NCBI GenBank assembly: GCA_973895155.1
Contig: OZ316892.1
Location: forward strand, 10,830,283-10,894,282
Length of the DNA stretch: 64,000 bases
Origin: Marsupella aquatica
Lineage: Eukaryota; Plantae; Marchantiophyta
Direction of reading: 5' to 3'
Position numbers and translations under genes: made by a program. Below the pieces are notes generated by a model. That model was not told the DNA's origin and did no database searches. It saw nothing but the letters and a program-made list of their open reading frames with translations. Below, in pieces: positions 11,041 to 23,228 of the stretch (position 1 is the first letter of the stretch; each line of letters begins with the position of its first letter).

Positions 11041-14000
11041 ATGGAGAGTGTGAGTCTATCCCGGGGAAATGTGTCTCCCAAAGAGTCTCCTGCCCGTCGA
11101 CATGGCGTGAACATTCCTGGGAAAGATATTTGGATAACAGTTAGAAATGGCACGGTCCAGAACGTGGTGGCAGCTCTGGCACACCTCAAGAAAAGCAATG
11201 GAAACATAGATGCAAGGAATCCTTTTGGCTCTTCTGCTCTGCATATTGCTGTCTGGAGGAATCACCTGCCTATTGTCCGAAGATTACTGGCTGCAGGAGC
11301 TGATCCTGATGCACGGGTATGATTTGATGCCTCGTAGTCTCTCGAATCAAGGTAGCTAATCAGTTATTAGTCAGTTACGGATGACACGAACTTGTATTTG
11401 GTAGGTAAATAGACTTGGAACATCTGTTGGTACATCATCATTCATGCATTTCGAACTAGCATTAACATGATGAGCTTCGTGATTGTTGGGATACGCTCAG
11501 CGTTTCCTCATTGACCGTGTCCACATTGTATCAGGATGGTGAGTCGGGATGGAGTAGCCTTCACAGGGCTCTTCATTTTGGCCACATTGCTGTGGCCGGA
11601 TTGCTAATTGAGGGTGGAGGCTCTTTGGTTCTCGAGGACACTAAGGGACGGACACCCGTTGATCTTGCCTCTGGTCCAGTGAAACAATGTTTGGCCAGTT
11701 CAAGCAAGTCAGGTTCGTCCATTGTTTATCATTGGAAACTACGTAGACTGACACAAATTTTTGAACAAACCAGAATGAGCGGTTTAACGAACTGAAGTCT
11801 TGGGATAAGATTCCTCTCTTTCGTGTGCAATTTATTGAGTTAGGAGTCTGTTATGCTTGTTGTTGATGCTGTTTGTTCTGGCCCAAAGGATGTACGTTGT
11901 AATCCGTACTGCATTTACCTGAGAATCGGCCCTCATTGGCTTATGGGTTTGTGCACCTCCAGGTGGCAAAGAAGTGTTCAGCTGGGGCAATGGTTCCAAC
12001 TATCAACTAGGGATAGGGAGCACAGGAATCCTAAGAGTTCCCGGACGCATAGATACATTGGAAGGTCTGGATGTCGTTGCTGTTGCAGCAGCCAAGTTTC
12101 ACAGTGTAGCTCTGACAGCTAGTGGTGAAGTCTATTCCTGGGGATTTGGACGAGGTGGTCGGTTGGGACACCCAGACTTTGACATTCACAGTGGGCAGGT
12201 TGCTGTGATCACTCCTCGTCAGATTATCCACAACTTTGGATATCGAGGAGTTAGCGTGATTGCTGTTGCTAAACATCACACTGTTGTAGCGACTGATGGT
12301 GGAGAGGTTTATACCTGGGGATCGAATCGAGGTAGGTGGATTTCTTGTTTGAATGTTCGATAAATCGTTGTATGTACTGGTAGTTCGTTTCATTTCAGGT
12401 TTTGGAGCATAGTAATTGTCAATGATCGAAGGAGTGTGTGGAGATTAGAGCTCTACTGTAGTTACTTTTTATTGGATATCTATTTGAGTCTCTTTTCATC
12501 TTTCATTATTGGTGAGCATTGTTTCTCATAGGTTCCTGAACAATTTTGGTCTTTTGCAGAGGGTCGTCTTGGATACCCTTCTGTGGATACACAGCCCACA
12601 CCCCGTCGTGTCAGCACTTTGAAGGCTAGGGTTGTGGCTGTGGCAGCCGCAAACAAGCACAGTGCTGTTTTGACTGAGGCAGGGGAAGTCTATACCTGGG
12701 GTTGCAACACAGAGGGACAGTTGGGTTATGGGACTTCCAACTCTGTTTCAAACTACATTCCTCGTGTGGTAGAATGTTTGAAAGGCAAGAAGCTAGTGGC
12801 CGTATCTACTTCTAAGTATCACACTACTGTACTGGGTGCAGAAGGAGAAGTATGTGTTCTCGCTTTTCATAAGTTTTTTCATATCTGCTCTGCACGCGCT
12901 TCTGGAGTAACTTTATTTCACTTTCACTTTCACTACAGCTCTTTCGTTCAAATTGTCCTTGCTTCCAGCTGGGAGTTTGGATTTCGACGTAGTTCTAGTA
13001 ACTTAAATTCTCCTTGCTCAACTTGGAATGGAGACCACCTAGGAAATCGTCTCTGCTGTGCTAGACATTGGTTTGTGTTAACACACATGAAGAAATCGGT
13101 GTTATCATGTGTGCTGACAAATATCTCAACAGGTTCTTACGTGGGGTTACAAGATGGTAAATCCACGTCGTGTGTCTGTGGTAAGATACACTAAAAAAGC
13201 CGGTGGTCAGCCACTCAAATTTCACATATCGGAGCGGTTGCACGTGGTAGCCATATCGGCAGGGATGACTCACAGTTTAGCGCTCTCTGAGGATGGCCTC
13301 GTATATTACTGGTTTTCAGCAGACCCTGCGCTGAAATGCCGCCAGGTTGGTCTCGAACACACAACGATCCTCATAATTCTGGCACTTGGTCTCGAACTAT
13401 AATGCCGTGGCTAATTATCCATGCGTTAGATCTAGCGATATGAATTCGGGATGCTCTTCCAATTTCGATTCCTATCTTTGTCTTCCTCTGACATTTGTTC
13501 GAGCAATGAGTTTTCATCATCTATCCTATCCTTCATAAAAGCTTACCTGAACTTGTTACAGCTGTTGTCGCTGGCTGGACACCAAGCTGTGAGTGTATCT
13601 TCTAGCAAGTATCAAACAGCAGTGGCGACCTCAGTGGGAAATGTCTACTCATGGGATGGGAAATTTTTTAAATCAGATACAATCCCTGTGCCAGTTCGTG
13701 TTCATGGAATTAAGCATGCGACGCATTTGTCCGTTGGTGAGAATCATACGGTAGCTGTGGCTGCACTGTTTATCCCAGAGTATCCACAGAGAACTGGTCC
13801 TGGACTGTTGACTTCCAACCAGTCTTTGTCTAAAACAGATGACGATCCGGAGTTTCCTTCTGAAATGGAGGACGAGGAATTATCTGCGGCCATGTCAAGT
13901 CCCAATAAAGGGCAACCGGGATTGGATGGTGCTTCAAAGCCTTTACCCAGTCTGAAGGACTTGTGCCAACGAGTGGCTGCCCAATCTATTGTTGAACCCA

Positions 14001-16529
14001 AGAATGCATTGCAGATACTAGAGTTTGCTGATGCACTGGGTGCTGACATCCTTAAAGGTCATTGCGAGGTGAGCACTTGGTTTTTTGATGTTTAATATTC
14101 TCATAACTAAAAGTAGAGGTGAAAAGTTTCTCTTCTCTGCAAATTGTCTTTGATTTCATACTGTAATTCTTTATGATTTACATCAGCCGTTCAAACTGAA
14201 AATGTTTACTCTCGTTGTGCAGGAATTTATCGCACGAAACCTTGACTACATTCTCATAATGGCTCCAATTTTGTTTGGACATGTAAGGCCCTCTTTGTTG
14301 GGTGAAGTAGAAAAGGCTTTGGATGCCTGTTCCACTCAGCCATGGAGCCATCGGCGGCTGCCAACCCCAAGTGCAACGTGGCCAGCCGTCATCGATAGTG
14401 AAGAAGAGGAGAATAGATGTGGTGGCAACGCATATGCAAGAGGTTCAACGAGGGAGTTGAGTATTTTCAACACAGCCAGTGACAAGAGGAGTGAAGGTTT
14501 CCTCCAACAGACAACCGAAAATGGTGAGGCAATATTGAAACAAGTAAGGGCAGTCCGAAAGAAATTGCAGCAGATTGAGGCTCTTGAGCTGAAGCAGTGC
14601 AATGGACAGATTCTCGACGACCAACAGCTTCTCAAGCTGCAGACAAAAAGAGAACTAGAACGAGTGCTGGCATCACTGGAGGCGGGAATTCTTCCTGAAG
14701 TAAGTAAGAAAGCTGAAAAGCAGGACGTGAAGCGATCTATTGAAACTGTGGATAAGTCACCGTTTGTAGGGGAGGATCAGAAGGGTAGCAGCAGTGGTTC
14801 GAAGCAGCGTCGGCGACTGGAGAAGACAAAAAGTAAAGGTCGAGGTTCGAATGAGTCACTGCAGACTGGGAGGACAGACGCCGACATCCCTGGCAGACCA
14901 TTCACTCAAACTCGGGTACTTATATGTAAACAGTGTCTATCTTTTATGTGTCACATGGGAGTGCTGCATGCATTTGCCAGCAAGGAAATGTTTCATGCTG
15001 TATTGTACCAAGAAATGTCAACATGGCTTGTGTTGTTGTGAAGTTAAGTCAGGTTGGATCTGGTGTATTAGATGTGTGTGAGAAATGTTTTAGGTATCTG
15101 AAATTACTCTAATACCAAACACTTCTGCAGATCACATCGTTTAGGGTTTAGGGTTTAGGGTGCCAAGCATGAATGAAGGAATCGTACGATTGAAGCGGTT
15201 AGGGTTAAGGGTTAGGAAAGTACTTCATAAGCAACTGTATCCAAATTGAGAATTTGTGACGAAATGATGAGTGATTTCTCTGCGTGACTTGTGCAGGACC
15301 CTAGCCACTCACTTACTCCTGATACTAAATCACTTAACAGATCCAGGGATAAGGAAGTCAACCCTGGTTCACTAGCAACCTCCAGTAGCAGTTTTGTAAC
15401 AATTTCAGGTTTCGATTCTCATACTGCGCACAGGTCCGAACCGGAATCTGGCGCTGGGAGCAAGACTCTGAATTGTGGCCCATCTCATTCAGCTGAAATT
15501 CCTCCTAGGAACGCACCAACAGCGAGTTCTGCAGCTTCTCCCGGGCAAGCACGGGTGCCAAGGAAACTGGCCACTCTTGGGAAGAAGGTAGTAGTGAAGG
15601 GTGGGCTCTCGGTGTTCCTGAGTGGAGCTCTGGATGACGTCCATAAACCGGAAGCACCCCTCCCCCCTCCCTTGATACCGAAGGTCGAAGGACCTGCCTG
15701 GGGTGGTGCCCATCTTCCTAAGGAGTCAGCTTCCCTCCGAGCTATTCAAACTCAACAGAAGACAGAGCCGAAATTGGTTTTCAGTCATGCTGTAAAGATT
15801 GGATCTGGAAGCCAGGCAATTGAGGAGAAAAGTGCTCCAAGTCCTAAACAAGTTGTAAGCATCAAACAAGTTACGGCCAAATCAGCCAACAAGAGTCACA
15901 TTGTTGTGGAGGACGTAGAAACTCCTAACAAGCGTATCCCTTTGAGTCAATTTGTCCTAACATCTCCCGTTGCAGTGACTCCCAAACGTATTTCATCCAA
16001 TGTACATTTAGAGAATAGTCCCCCTCCTTGGGCTGCATCAACTTCTTCCACAGCAGCTCAATCATTACGCGACATTCAATTAGAGCAGGTAGGCAGGCTA
16101 CTAGGCTCTGATTTATTTTTTCAAGGTTGACCGCTTCCTGCAGTGCTTTTCTGTAGGCATTTCACAGTTCCTGGTGGATCATTGTGGCCGGAGTGACATT
16201 GGTTGATACCGGCATTTTCGATTTGAGTGATATAAACGTTTTACGTCTAACTGACGCTTTCTTAGCAGGTGCAATGGAAGGTGCACCAGCGAGCTCCTTT
16301 ATCTCGAGGAAGTCCACATGTGGCCAATCCTGTTGGAGCAGTCACTTCTTCAGGTAGTGCTTCCACTTCAGAACACAATCTGAACTCAGCAGAAGCTCCG
16401 AATCGGTGGTATAAGCCAGAAGTTGGGAGTCCTTCCAATTTGCGCTGCATACAGATTGAAGAGAAAGCTATGAAGGAGCTGCGGCAGCTGTACAAAAATG
16501 TTAAGCTAGTTAGGAATGACGGAAGTTAA
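11041..16529 (+). CDS. Ankyrin-repeat / RCC1-repeat protein (IBTK-like plant ANK-RCC1 family), about 1192 aa
   Basis: Exons 11041-11316, 11535-11712, 11963-12331, 12560-12849, 13133-13345, 13562-14068, 14223-14915, 15297-16088, 16269-16529; all GT-AG and in frame. Ankyrin motifs (ALHIA, DGESGWSSLHRALHFG), RCC1 repeats (VYSWGFGRGGRLG, VYTWGCNTEGQLG), BACK-like segment, C-terminal SLxxIQxE repeats. Confidence 0.92.
15140..15216 (+). repeat. Short interstitial telomere-like repeats in intron 7
   Basis: (TTTAGGG)3 at 15140-15160 and GTTAGGGTTAAGGGTTAGG near 15198-15216. Confidence 0.75.
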
Positions 16530-17186
16530 CCCAGATTCTTTTGCCTTGCCCTCTTTAAAGAGTAGACAAAATCCTTTCGATTGTTGTACAGGAGGTTCAT
16601 ACCGCAGTCACGGTAGCAAATGGCAGGTTGATTGTTGCTCTTGACAACAGTCGTCCGATGCCCACATTTATCTGTGTTTGGCATCCGTAATGATTGGGGC
16701 CCTGTGAAAGATCTAACATTAGATCTTGTAATGGAAGAGTCAGGCTTTTGTATACACATTCTTTTGTTATCTAATGGAAATGAGGCATATGTGACAATAA
16801 ATTGAGTGTTGTCCCTCGGAGCACTCTTAACTATCTATTTTTGTAGAAGCGCAGTTTTGTAAATAGGCTTTGTCATTTTCTACGTTTGTGTTCACTCCTG
16901 TACTTTCCTTGCCTTATTACACCAGACTGGCCCAGTTGGGTACTTTGTCGTCTGTAGGGGAAGCAACATGCTTTTAGAGAAGTACTGTAGGTGCCAGAGA
17001 AAATGTGGAAGATGACAAGGCTGGAGGTCCTGGGCGACTGCCTTGTTAGGCTTTTCGTTCGGTTGTTGTGGCTAGAACTCTTTGGGTTTGTGGGCCTCTT
17101 CGGTCTCCTTGGGGTCTTTCCCCTCTCCGTTTGTCGCCTTTGAGATCATGTCTCCGCTTGAATGGGTTTTTTGCTTTTGGGACTGT

Positions 17187-17786
17187 CTCCAGTTTTGGGG
17201 TCTTTGTGCACTATAGTACCATGACCTTGTTCACTATGTCTATTTGCCAAATTCTAGTTGAAATTGCTTTCTGATTGTCGTGACTAGCCACTTCAACTTT
17301 TTCTAGCAAAACAGTACCCTGACCTTGTTCACTATGTCACTATGTCTGTTTGCCAAAATCTATTTGAAATTGCTTTCTGATTGTCGTGACTAGCCACTTC
17401 AATTATTGAATCTATTCGTGACTAGCCACTTCAATTATTGAATCTATTCGAAATTGCTTTCTGATTGTCTTGATGAGCCACTTCAATTTTTCCAAGCCAA
17501 ACTCCAGTTTTGGGGTCTTTGTTCACTATAGTACCATGACCGTGTTTACTTATGTCTATTTACCAAATTCTAGTTGAAATTGCTTTCTGATTGTCCTGAC
17601 TAGCCACTTCAACTTTTTCTAGCCAAAACAGTACCCTGACCTTGTTCACTATGTCACTATGTCTGTTTGCCAAAATCTATTTGAAATTGCTTTCTGATTG
17701 TCGTGACTAGCCACTTCAATTCTTGAATCTATTCGAAATTGTTTTCTGATTGTCTTGACTAGCCACTTCAATTTTTCCAAGCCAAA
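17187..17786. repeat. Higher-order tandem repeat: two ~300-bp units built from a 38-bp core
   Basis: CTCCAGTTTTGGGGTCTTTGT at 17187 and 17502; core TGAAATTGCTTTCTGATTGTCGTGACTAGCCACTTCAA recurs about six times plus a partial copy. Confidence 0.9.
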
Positions 17787-18103
17787 ACGTCTTTCTAAGT
17801 ATAGTTTGTCCAGGATTTAGCTGCCACCTAGCCAAAACACGTGTCAACAATTTCAGGCTATATATCTGGATATCAATTTCTTCCCAACTTCCTGGAGCCA
17901 CTAACATGTTTTATGCAGCCAAGATATTTCCCAAACGGATGAGATGATTCACAAATTATTGCACAGGGCGCCAGATTTTTTTTCAATTGTTTATTATGGA
18001 CCCCCATGAAAGCTCCCTTGCAAATTTCCTGCCACGGCAAGGTTGTGCCACATCAGTACAAAGAGTCACAAATAATCCTATTTTTGACAATAACAAAAGT
18101 GCA

Positions 18104-18222
18104 CATTCATGTTTGTGACGAAAGTAACGTAATTTTTGGGGCGCCATGTCGTAAGTGTTAAGCATTCATGTTTGTGACAAAAGCAACGTAATTTTTGGGG
18201 CGCCATGTCGTAAGTGTTAAGC
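18104..18222. repeat. 59-bp tandem duplication
   Basis: CATTCATGTTTGTGAC...GTCGTAAGTGTTAAG at 18104 and 18163. Confidence 0.9.
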
Positions 18223-18444
18223 GTAAAACAATCAGAATACAAAGTAAAATATGTCATTTAGTAAAATAAAATTATTATTCTGATGTTTGTCAATGATATA
18301 TCAGTGTTTTACATCAATATGCTTGTATTTTTTTAATTGTTTGTAAGTTTGAAAGAACCAATGGATAGAAATGTACATAGATAGAACCCTCTTGGTTTCA
18401 CATTGTAAAACTAAAAATAATTAATCTCCTTAGTATTTGATGCA

Positions 18445-18905
18445 ATCTGTCAATGTTTGATTCATTGGAAAGCTCAAGATCAAGATTTAGAAACTCATGA
18501 CTTCTTTAGTAACTTTCTTGATAAAATATCTCAATGTCACACTCATTGAGAAGCTAGAGTAAAATTAGAAACTCATCATCTCTTTATTTGACAAATCTAT
18601 CAATGTTAGGTTCATTGAAAAGCTAGAGAAATTTGGATACCCATGATCTCTCTAATTCTTGACGAGTACTCCCAATGTCACACATTAGAAGGCTAGAGAG
18701 ATTGAAAACCTTGTGATCTCTTTAGTACCGTGACAAAATCTGACATGAAATTCGTCAATGTTGGACTCAATATTGGAAAGCTAAAAGAATTCATGAACTC
18801 ATGATCAAAATTTCTTATTGTCACATTCATTGGAAAGACAGAGAAATTCAAAAACACATTTGAAACTTAACAAAATTTGTCAATCCGAGTCTTAGTGGAA
18901 ACCCT
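18445..18905. repeat. Degenerate ~70-bp tandem repeat, about 7 copies
   Basis: Recurring CAATGT...TCATTGGAAAGCTAGAG-like cores near 18451, 18533, 18601, 18673, 18756, 18817 and 18881. Confidence 0.7.
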
Positions 18906-19655
18906 TTCTCAATTAAGAGATATCACAATCTCATCACCATCACAAACTTAGCCACTGCAAATTGATTTCTTTGATTACGTTGCAATCGCTTGTTCACAAC
19001 GTTTGCTTCCAGACTTGAATTGTTTGCGTCCCTCCAATCGTCAACTAAAGTTCACTTTGAACACAGGTTGATGCCAAATGCAACCTCTATGTCAAAGAAA
19101 CAATCGTTCGTCTCACCCTCACACCATAGCTTTCTTAAATAAAAACTACAAAACCTTCATGTGAAGTGACGGTTCTTCCATTTTGTGCATTCTTTCCACC
19201 AAAACGACAAGCGCTATTTCGCCAATAGTTGAGTGTTGTCCTCCAGTCTGTCTTGTGGCGGTAACGCTCAACGTAACTAACAAACGATCATCAGGAATGG
19301 TAGAAACATGATTTCTCCAATGTGTAAGCAAAAACCGTCAAAAAATGCAATTCCTCCATATTCAACTATGTGTTTAATAAACCAGAGAAATCATTTCAAC
19401 CAGATTGATCTTCTATTTTTTTAGCGTTCTCTTTTGTACGAGCACACACCAAGACCATCGGGAGACTCAAAACCATTGGTTATCGACTTGCTAAAAATTG
19501 ATTTCACTTCGTCACACACACATTCCTTGGATGAACATGGGGGTCCATGGATTAATTACTTACTTGAACCTAGTAAACAGCACAATGTTACATAAATCTT
19601 GAATCTTATTTTAATTTTGTAATCAATACATAAAAGTGTCGTAAGAATAGATAAA

Positions 19656-19864
19656 TTGCTTTTAAGCACATTGCCACTAAAAATGTTCTAATTGACAATA
19701 TTGTCACTTCTTTTTTATATTTATTAAAATGTCACTGTTTTGTATATGGATAATAAGGTAAGCAGGGGAACTATATACTAAACAGTGACATTTTTGTAAA
19801 TATAAAAAAATAATGATAGTATTGTAAATTCAAACATCTTTAATGACAATGTATTTAAAAGCTG
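19656..19864. mobile_element. AT-rich foldback MITE (209 bp), Mutator-like by TSD length
   Basis: The two halves are imperfect reverse complements (e.g. AAAATGTCACTGTTT / AAACAGTGACATTTT); right end AAAAGCTG; flanks AATAGATAAA (19646-19655) and AATAAATAAA (19865-19874), 9/10 identical. Confidence 0.75.
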
Positions 19865-20590
19865 AATAAATAAATTCATAGGGTCCATCTGTCTTAGGCA
19901 TAGCTCTCGTTGGATGCAATGAGAGTCCCCATTCTTTGTGTTTTCTTTTGTAACTGGTCATGATGATTGCGTACTTGTGCCAGATAAAGTGGAGACGTGG
20001 GATGACTTGGCACATATGGGCTACTGACATGTTTGGTTATCAGTGGCTCCTTGTTTGTTGTTGAGCACTCACTAATCAGATCAAAACACTGGCACAAATT
20101 CATGACAGATCATTTTTCAAACCTTTACCAATAAGTCTATGATGCATTACTAGCCCATTCAATGTCTATGATGTATTACTAGCCCAATGTCAAATTGTGG
20201 TCGCAAGATCTTTGTGAATGTGTTGTTGCTGAGGTAATTGGTTGTGTCATTTTCACAAAGAGTTTTTACGGATGTCATGATGATGAACAAAATTCTCTTT
20301 CTATCGCACAAAATTCCCTCCCTCTTCATCATCATCAAACAATATAATACCTTATCCCGCCCAAATGTTCGGCCTAGTCTATTTAAAAAGTTTGAAAAAG
20401 AGAGAGCATTGCACCACCATCATAGAATGCTTCACACATAGTACTTTCTAGCCTGAAGCCCATGCATAAGAAGCACATTGGTATAAGAGCTTTTTGCTAT
20501 TTGCTTTATGAAGTAGTATTCTCTTTTTCCTTTGGGTTAGTTTTGCTATCTCCTCCATTTTTTTCTAGTTTTTAATCACGAAAAGGGTGA

Positions 20591-20624
20591 GGGGAGGGAG
20601 GGAGGGAGGGAGGGAGGGAGGGGG
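20591..20624 (+). repeat. (GGGA)n microsatellite, potential G-quadruplex
   Basis: GGGGAGGGAGGGAGGGAGGGAGGGAGGGAGGGGG read directly. Confidence 0.85.
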
Positions 20625-21403
20625 CAGCCAGAGCAAAAGGAGATAAAAGGAGGGCATGGGGAGGGGAAAAAGGAACTTGGGGGTTCCACTTCCACAAAAA
20701 TGAAACATCATGTATAGGGTGTTCTTATTGATTATAATGGAAGATTTAAGAATTTTTTTTGGAAGAACACTAGGTTCTTATAAATTCAATTTTGAGACTT
20801 ATAAGAACATTAGGGTCTTTTCAATCAAATTTGGAGACCTAAACATGTCGCAGGTGAGAGGCCTTCACATAGTGAGACCCCTGAGAAAAGGAAAAACTTT
20901 CTCCTTTCATGAAGCGGAGTCTGACCATGCCTGACCCCACAATTTCTTTGCCTCACTTACATTTCCTTTTCTCACTTGCATTTCTTTACCTCACTTGCAT
21001 TCCTGGCCTCACTTCAGCATCTTTACCTCACCTTGACATGATCTTTTGTGCAACGCATGGCCATTTGGCTATGCCTAGATATAAAAGTTGGTGCTTCACA
21101 TGGAGTACACTCAAGACTGTAGATGAGGGTTTAGTGTTTAGGATCTGTGAATGATTGATTCTACATCATTCATTCCTTTTTCCTTACATTCAAGAAGTAG
21201 CCAGGGTCGTGACTCCTCTATCCCTCGTCTCAGGAGGGACATTTTGCAACAAAATTATCTGACACATCAGTTAGAGTTCCCTAGATTTAGGGGAACTGTT
21301 AGATCTGGCAAGTAGACCCATCAGCCACCTACAGTAAGATCCTTGGGAAGGTATCGCAAAAATTCATTTACTAGAGCAATGTTTTCTTGGCTCTCAAACT
21401 TGG

Positions 21404-21520
21404 GAGGGTAACTAAGTGTATAGTTTGGTATCGGCCCTCAGACTCAGGAGGTTAACTAAGTATATAGTTTGGGATCGGCCCGCAAACTGATGAGGTTAAC
21501 TAAGTGTATATTTTGGGATG
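21404..21520. repeat. 44-bp tandem repeat (about 2.7 copies) with a related inverted copy near 56451-56485
   Basis: GAGG(T/G)TAACTAAGTRTATA at 21404, 21448 and 21492; TATACACTAAGTTAACCCCCCAAGT at 56461 is a near reverse complement. Confidence 0.75.
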
Positions 21521-22670
21521 CCATGTCTCATCCTAATTTGATTGAAACTTATATTTTATTAAAAAAATTCTATAAATATTTCTACTTTACACTTTTTGTG
21601 ACTATTCTAGCTAATTTATAAAAGTACATATTATGGAATCTTCTTAATACATTAGTGTATAGTACCTTATTTTATGTCTTACATCTAAAAGCATTTGCAA
21701 ATACTCAACTATACCTTATTTTACTCTCGAGTGGCTCCTATGGATTTCCATAGAAAACGCCCCCAACCCTCAAAAGAGGTCGACACTTTTCGCTCTTTCA
21801 TCTTCGTCAACCAAGTAGGGAGAAACTGTAGTGGTTCTTTACTTCAGGTAATGCTCAAACTGTCAATCTGGATTTGATGCCGCTCTCCTTCTGTGCCCTC
21901 GCTGAAGTGAAGGAGCCCTGATGGAATACTAGCCTTGAGGCTTATTTCCTCTCTGCCCAAAAGAAACTCAAAATATATTTCTTTTGTTTTCCTTCAATTG
22001 TACTGGTCAACAGGATCCTTTTGATGAAAATTCACAGAAAAAAAGACTACTCTACATCTATACATTCTATGGGATCAAATATGGATCAAAACATAGTACT
22101 AGGTTAATCTTAAAGGTTTGTTTGTTTGTTTTTGTGAAGGTGGCTTATGTCACCTTGTGCAAAGGAGGAACATTTAGAAAATTCCTAATCTAATTTTCCT
22201 AGATTCTGGCTGATGGGTTTATGGTGTGGAAACTAATGGAGACAAAATTAATATGGCAAAGTTTTGCCCACTTTTCACTGCGTTGGAATTTGACCACCAG
22301 AAAAAGGCTGCTGCTAATTATGTGGTTGTGTGGGATCATAACAAAGCCTGAAAATTTTCTCCAAAAGGGGCCAAGAACTATTCAGCTAGGTAGAATTTTG
22401 CAAATGTTAGCCACAAAAAAACAACACTCGTGCCAACTATGCACTTTCAGCTGTGGGACCATGCCAACTATGCACTTTGTTGGATCCTCAAACATGGAGA
22501 TATGCTTGCTAAAGTAGTCGTCCGTAATAAGGTGCTTTTAGACCATGCCACATATACTTCCTGATATCCTCTATTGCCAGCAGTGCATTTGTAACACTTC
22601 AACGCATGGTATGCTACAGTTTTTACTATCCTATCCCCCAATCTGGTCAAAATATTTCACCTGCCCCCAA

Positions 22671-22813
22671 ACTCATCTTATTTCAGGTTGTCCTCCACTA
22701 AGTGTATGGGTTGGCTTCACCTCACAGTACTGACCCAAGATGACTCATCTTATTTCAGGTTGTCTTCCAGTAAGTGTATGGGTTGGCTTCACTTGACTAT
22801 ACTGACCCAAGAT
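22671..22813. repeat. 72-bp tandem duplication
   Basis: ACTCATCTTATTTCAGGTTGTC...ACTGACCCAAGATG at 22671 and 22743. Confidence 0.9.
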
Positions 22814-23049
22814 GGCACTAGATTGGTTTGTGAACATCATGGAGGTTTGCATTTTTCCACTGCTAACCCCTCTAACCATACCTTCCCGACGAATTCCCCC
22901 ATCTGCCACTCACTGGAACACGGATGTCCATTACTTCTAAACTATCATGTTTTGGTTCCCCGCCTTTTTCTTGAAAGGGGTTAGCTTGGACAATTATGAG
23001 CTTTCATATGTCCCAACATCACTCATGTGCCATCTTGGGTTAAGCCTGT

Positions 23050-23228
23050 CTGGTTAAACCACACCTGCCCTTCAAAAGCTACCACTTACCATAGCTACCA
23101 TTGCAAGTAACTTTTCCTTGAAATTGTGGAGCAAACTGGCAGGGTAGAAAAAAGAAGTGGGTGGAATGTGGAAAAAAGGGAGGTCTTTGTAGGCTTCCCC
23201 CTTCTATATGGCCAGTGGTGGTTTAAGC
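23050..23228. repeat. Dispersed ~175-bp repeat, copy 1 (copy 2 near 33265-33433)
   Basis: Both copies share TTAAACCA..CCTGCCCTTCAAAAGCTAC, GTGGAATGTG.AAAA.GG..GTC and a GTGGTTT end; short inverted termini TTAAACCAC/GTGGTTTAA in this copy. Confidence 0.7.

Noticed and set aside
17187-17786. CRISPR-like appearance (38-bp core with spacers)
   Set aside because: Spacers are themselves repeated and vary widely in length, there are no cas genes, and the context is eukaryotic.
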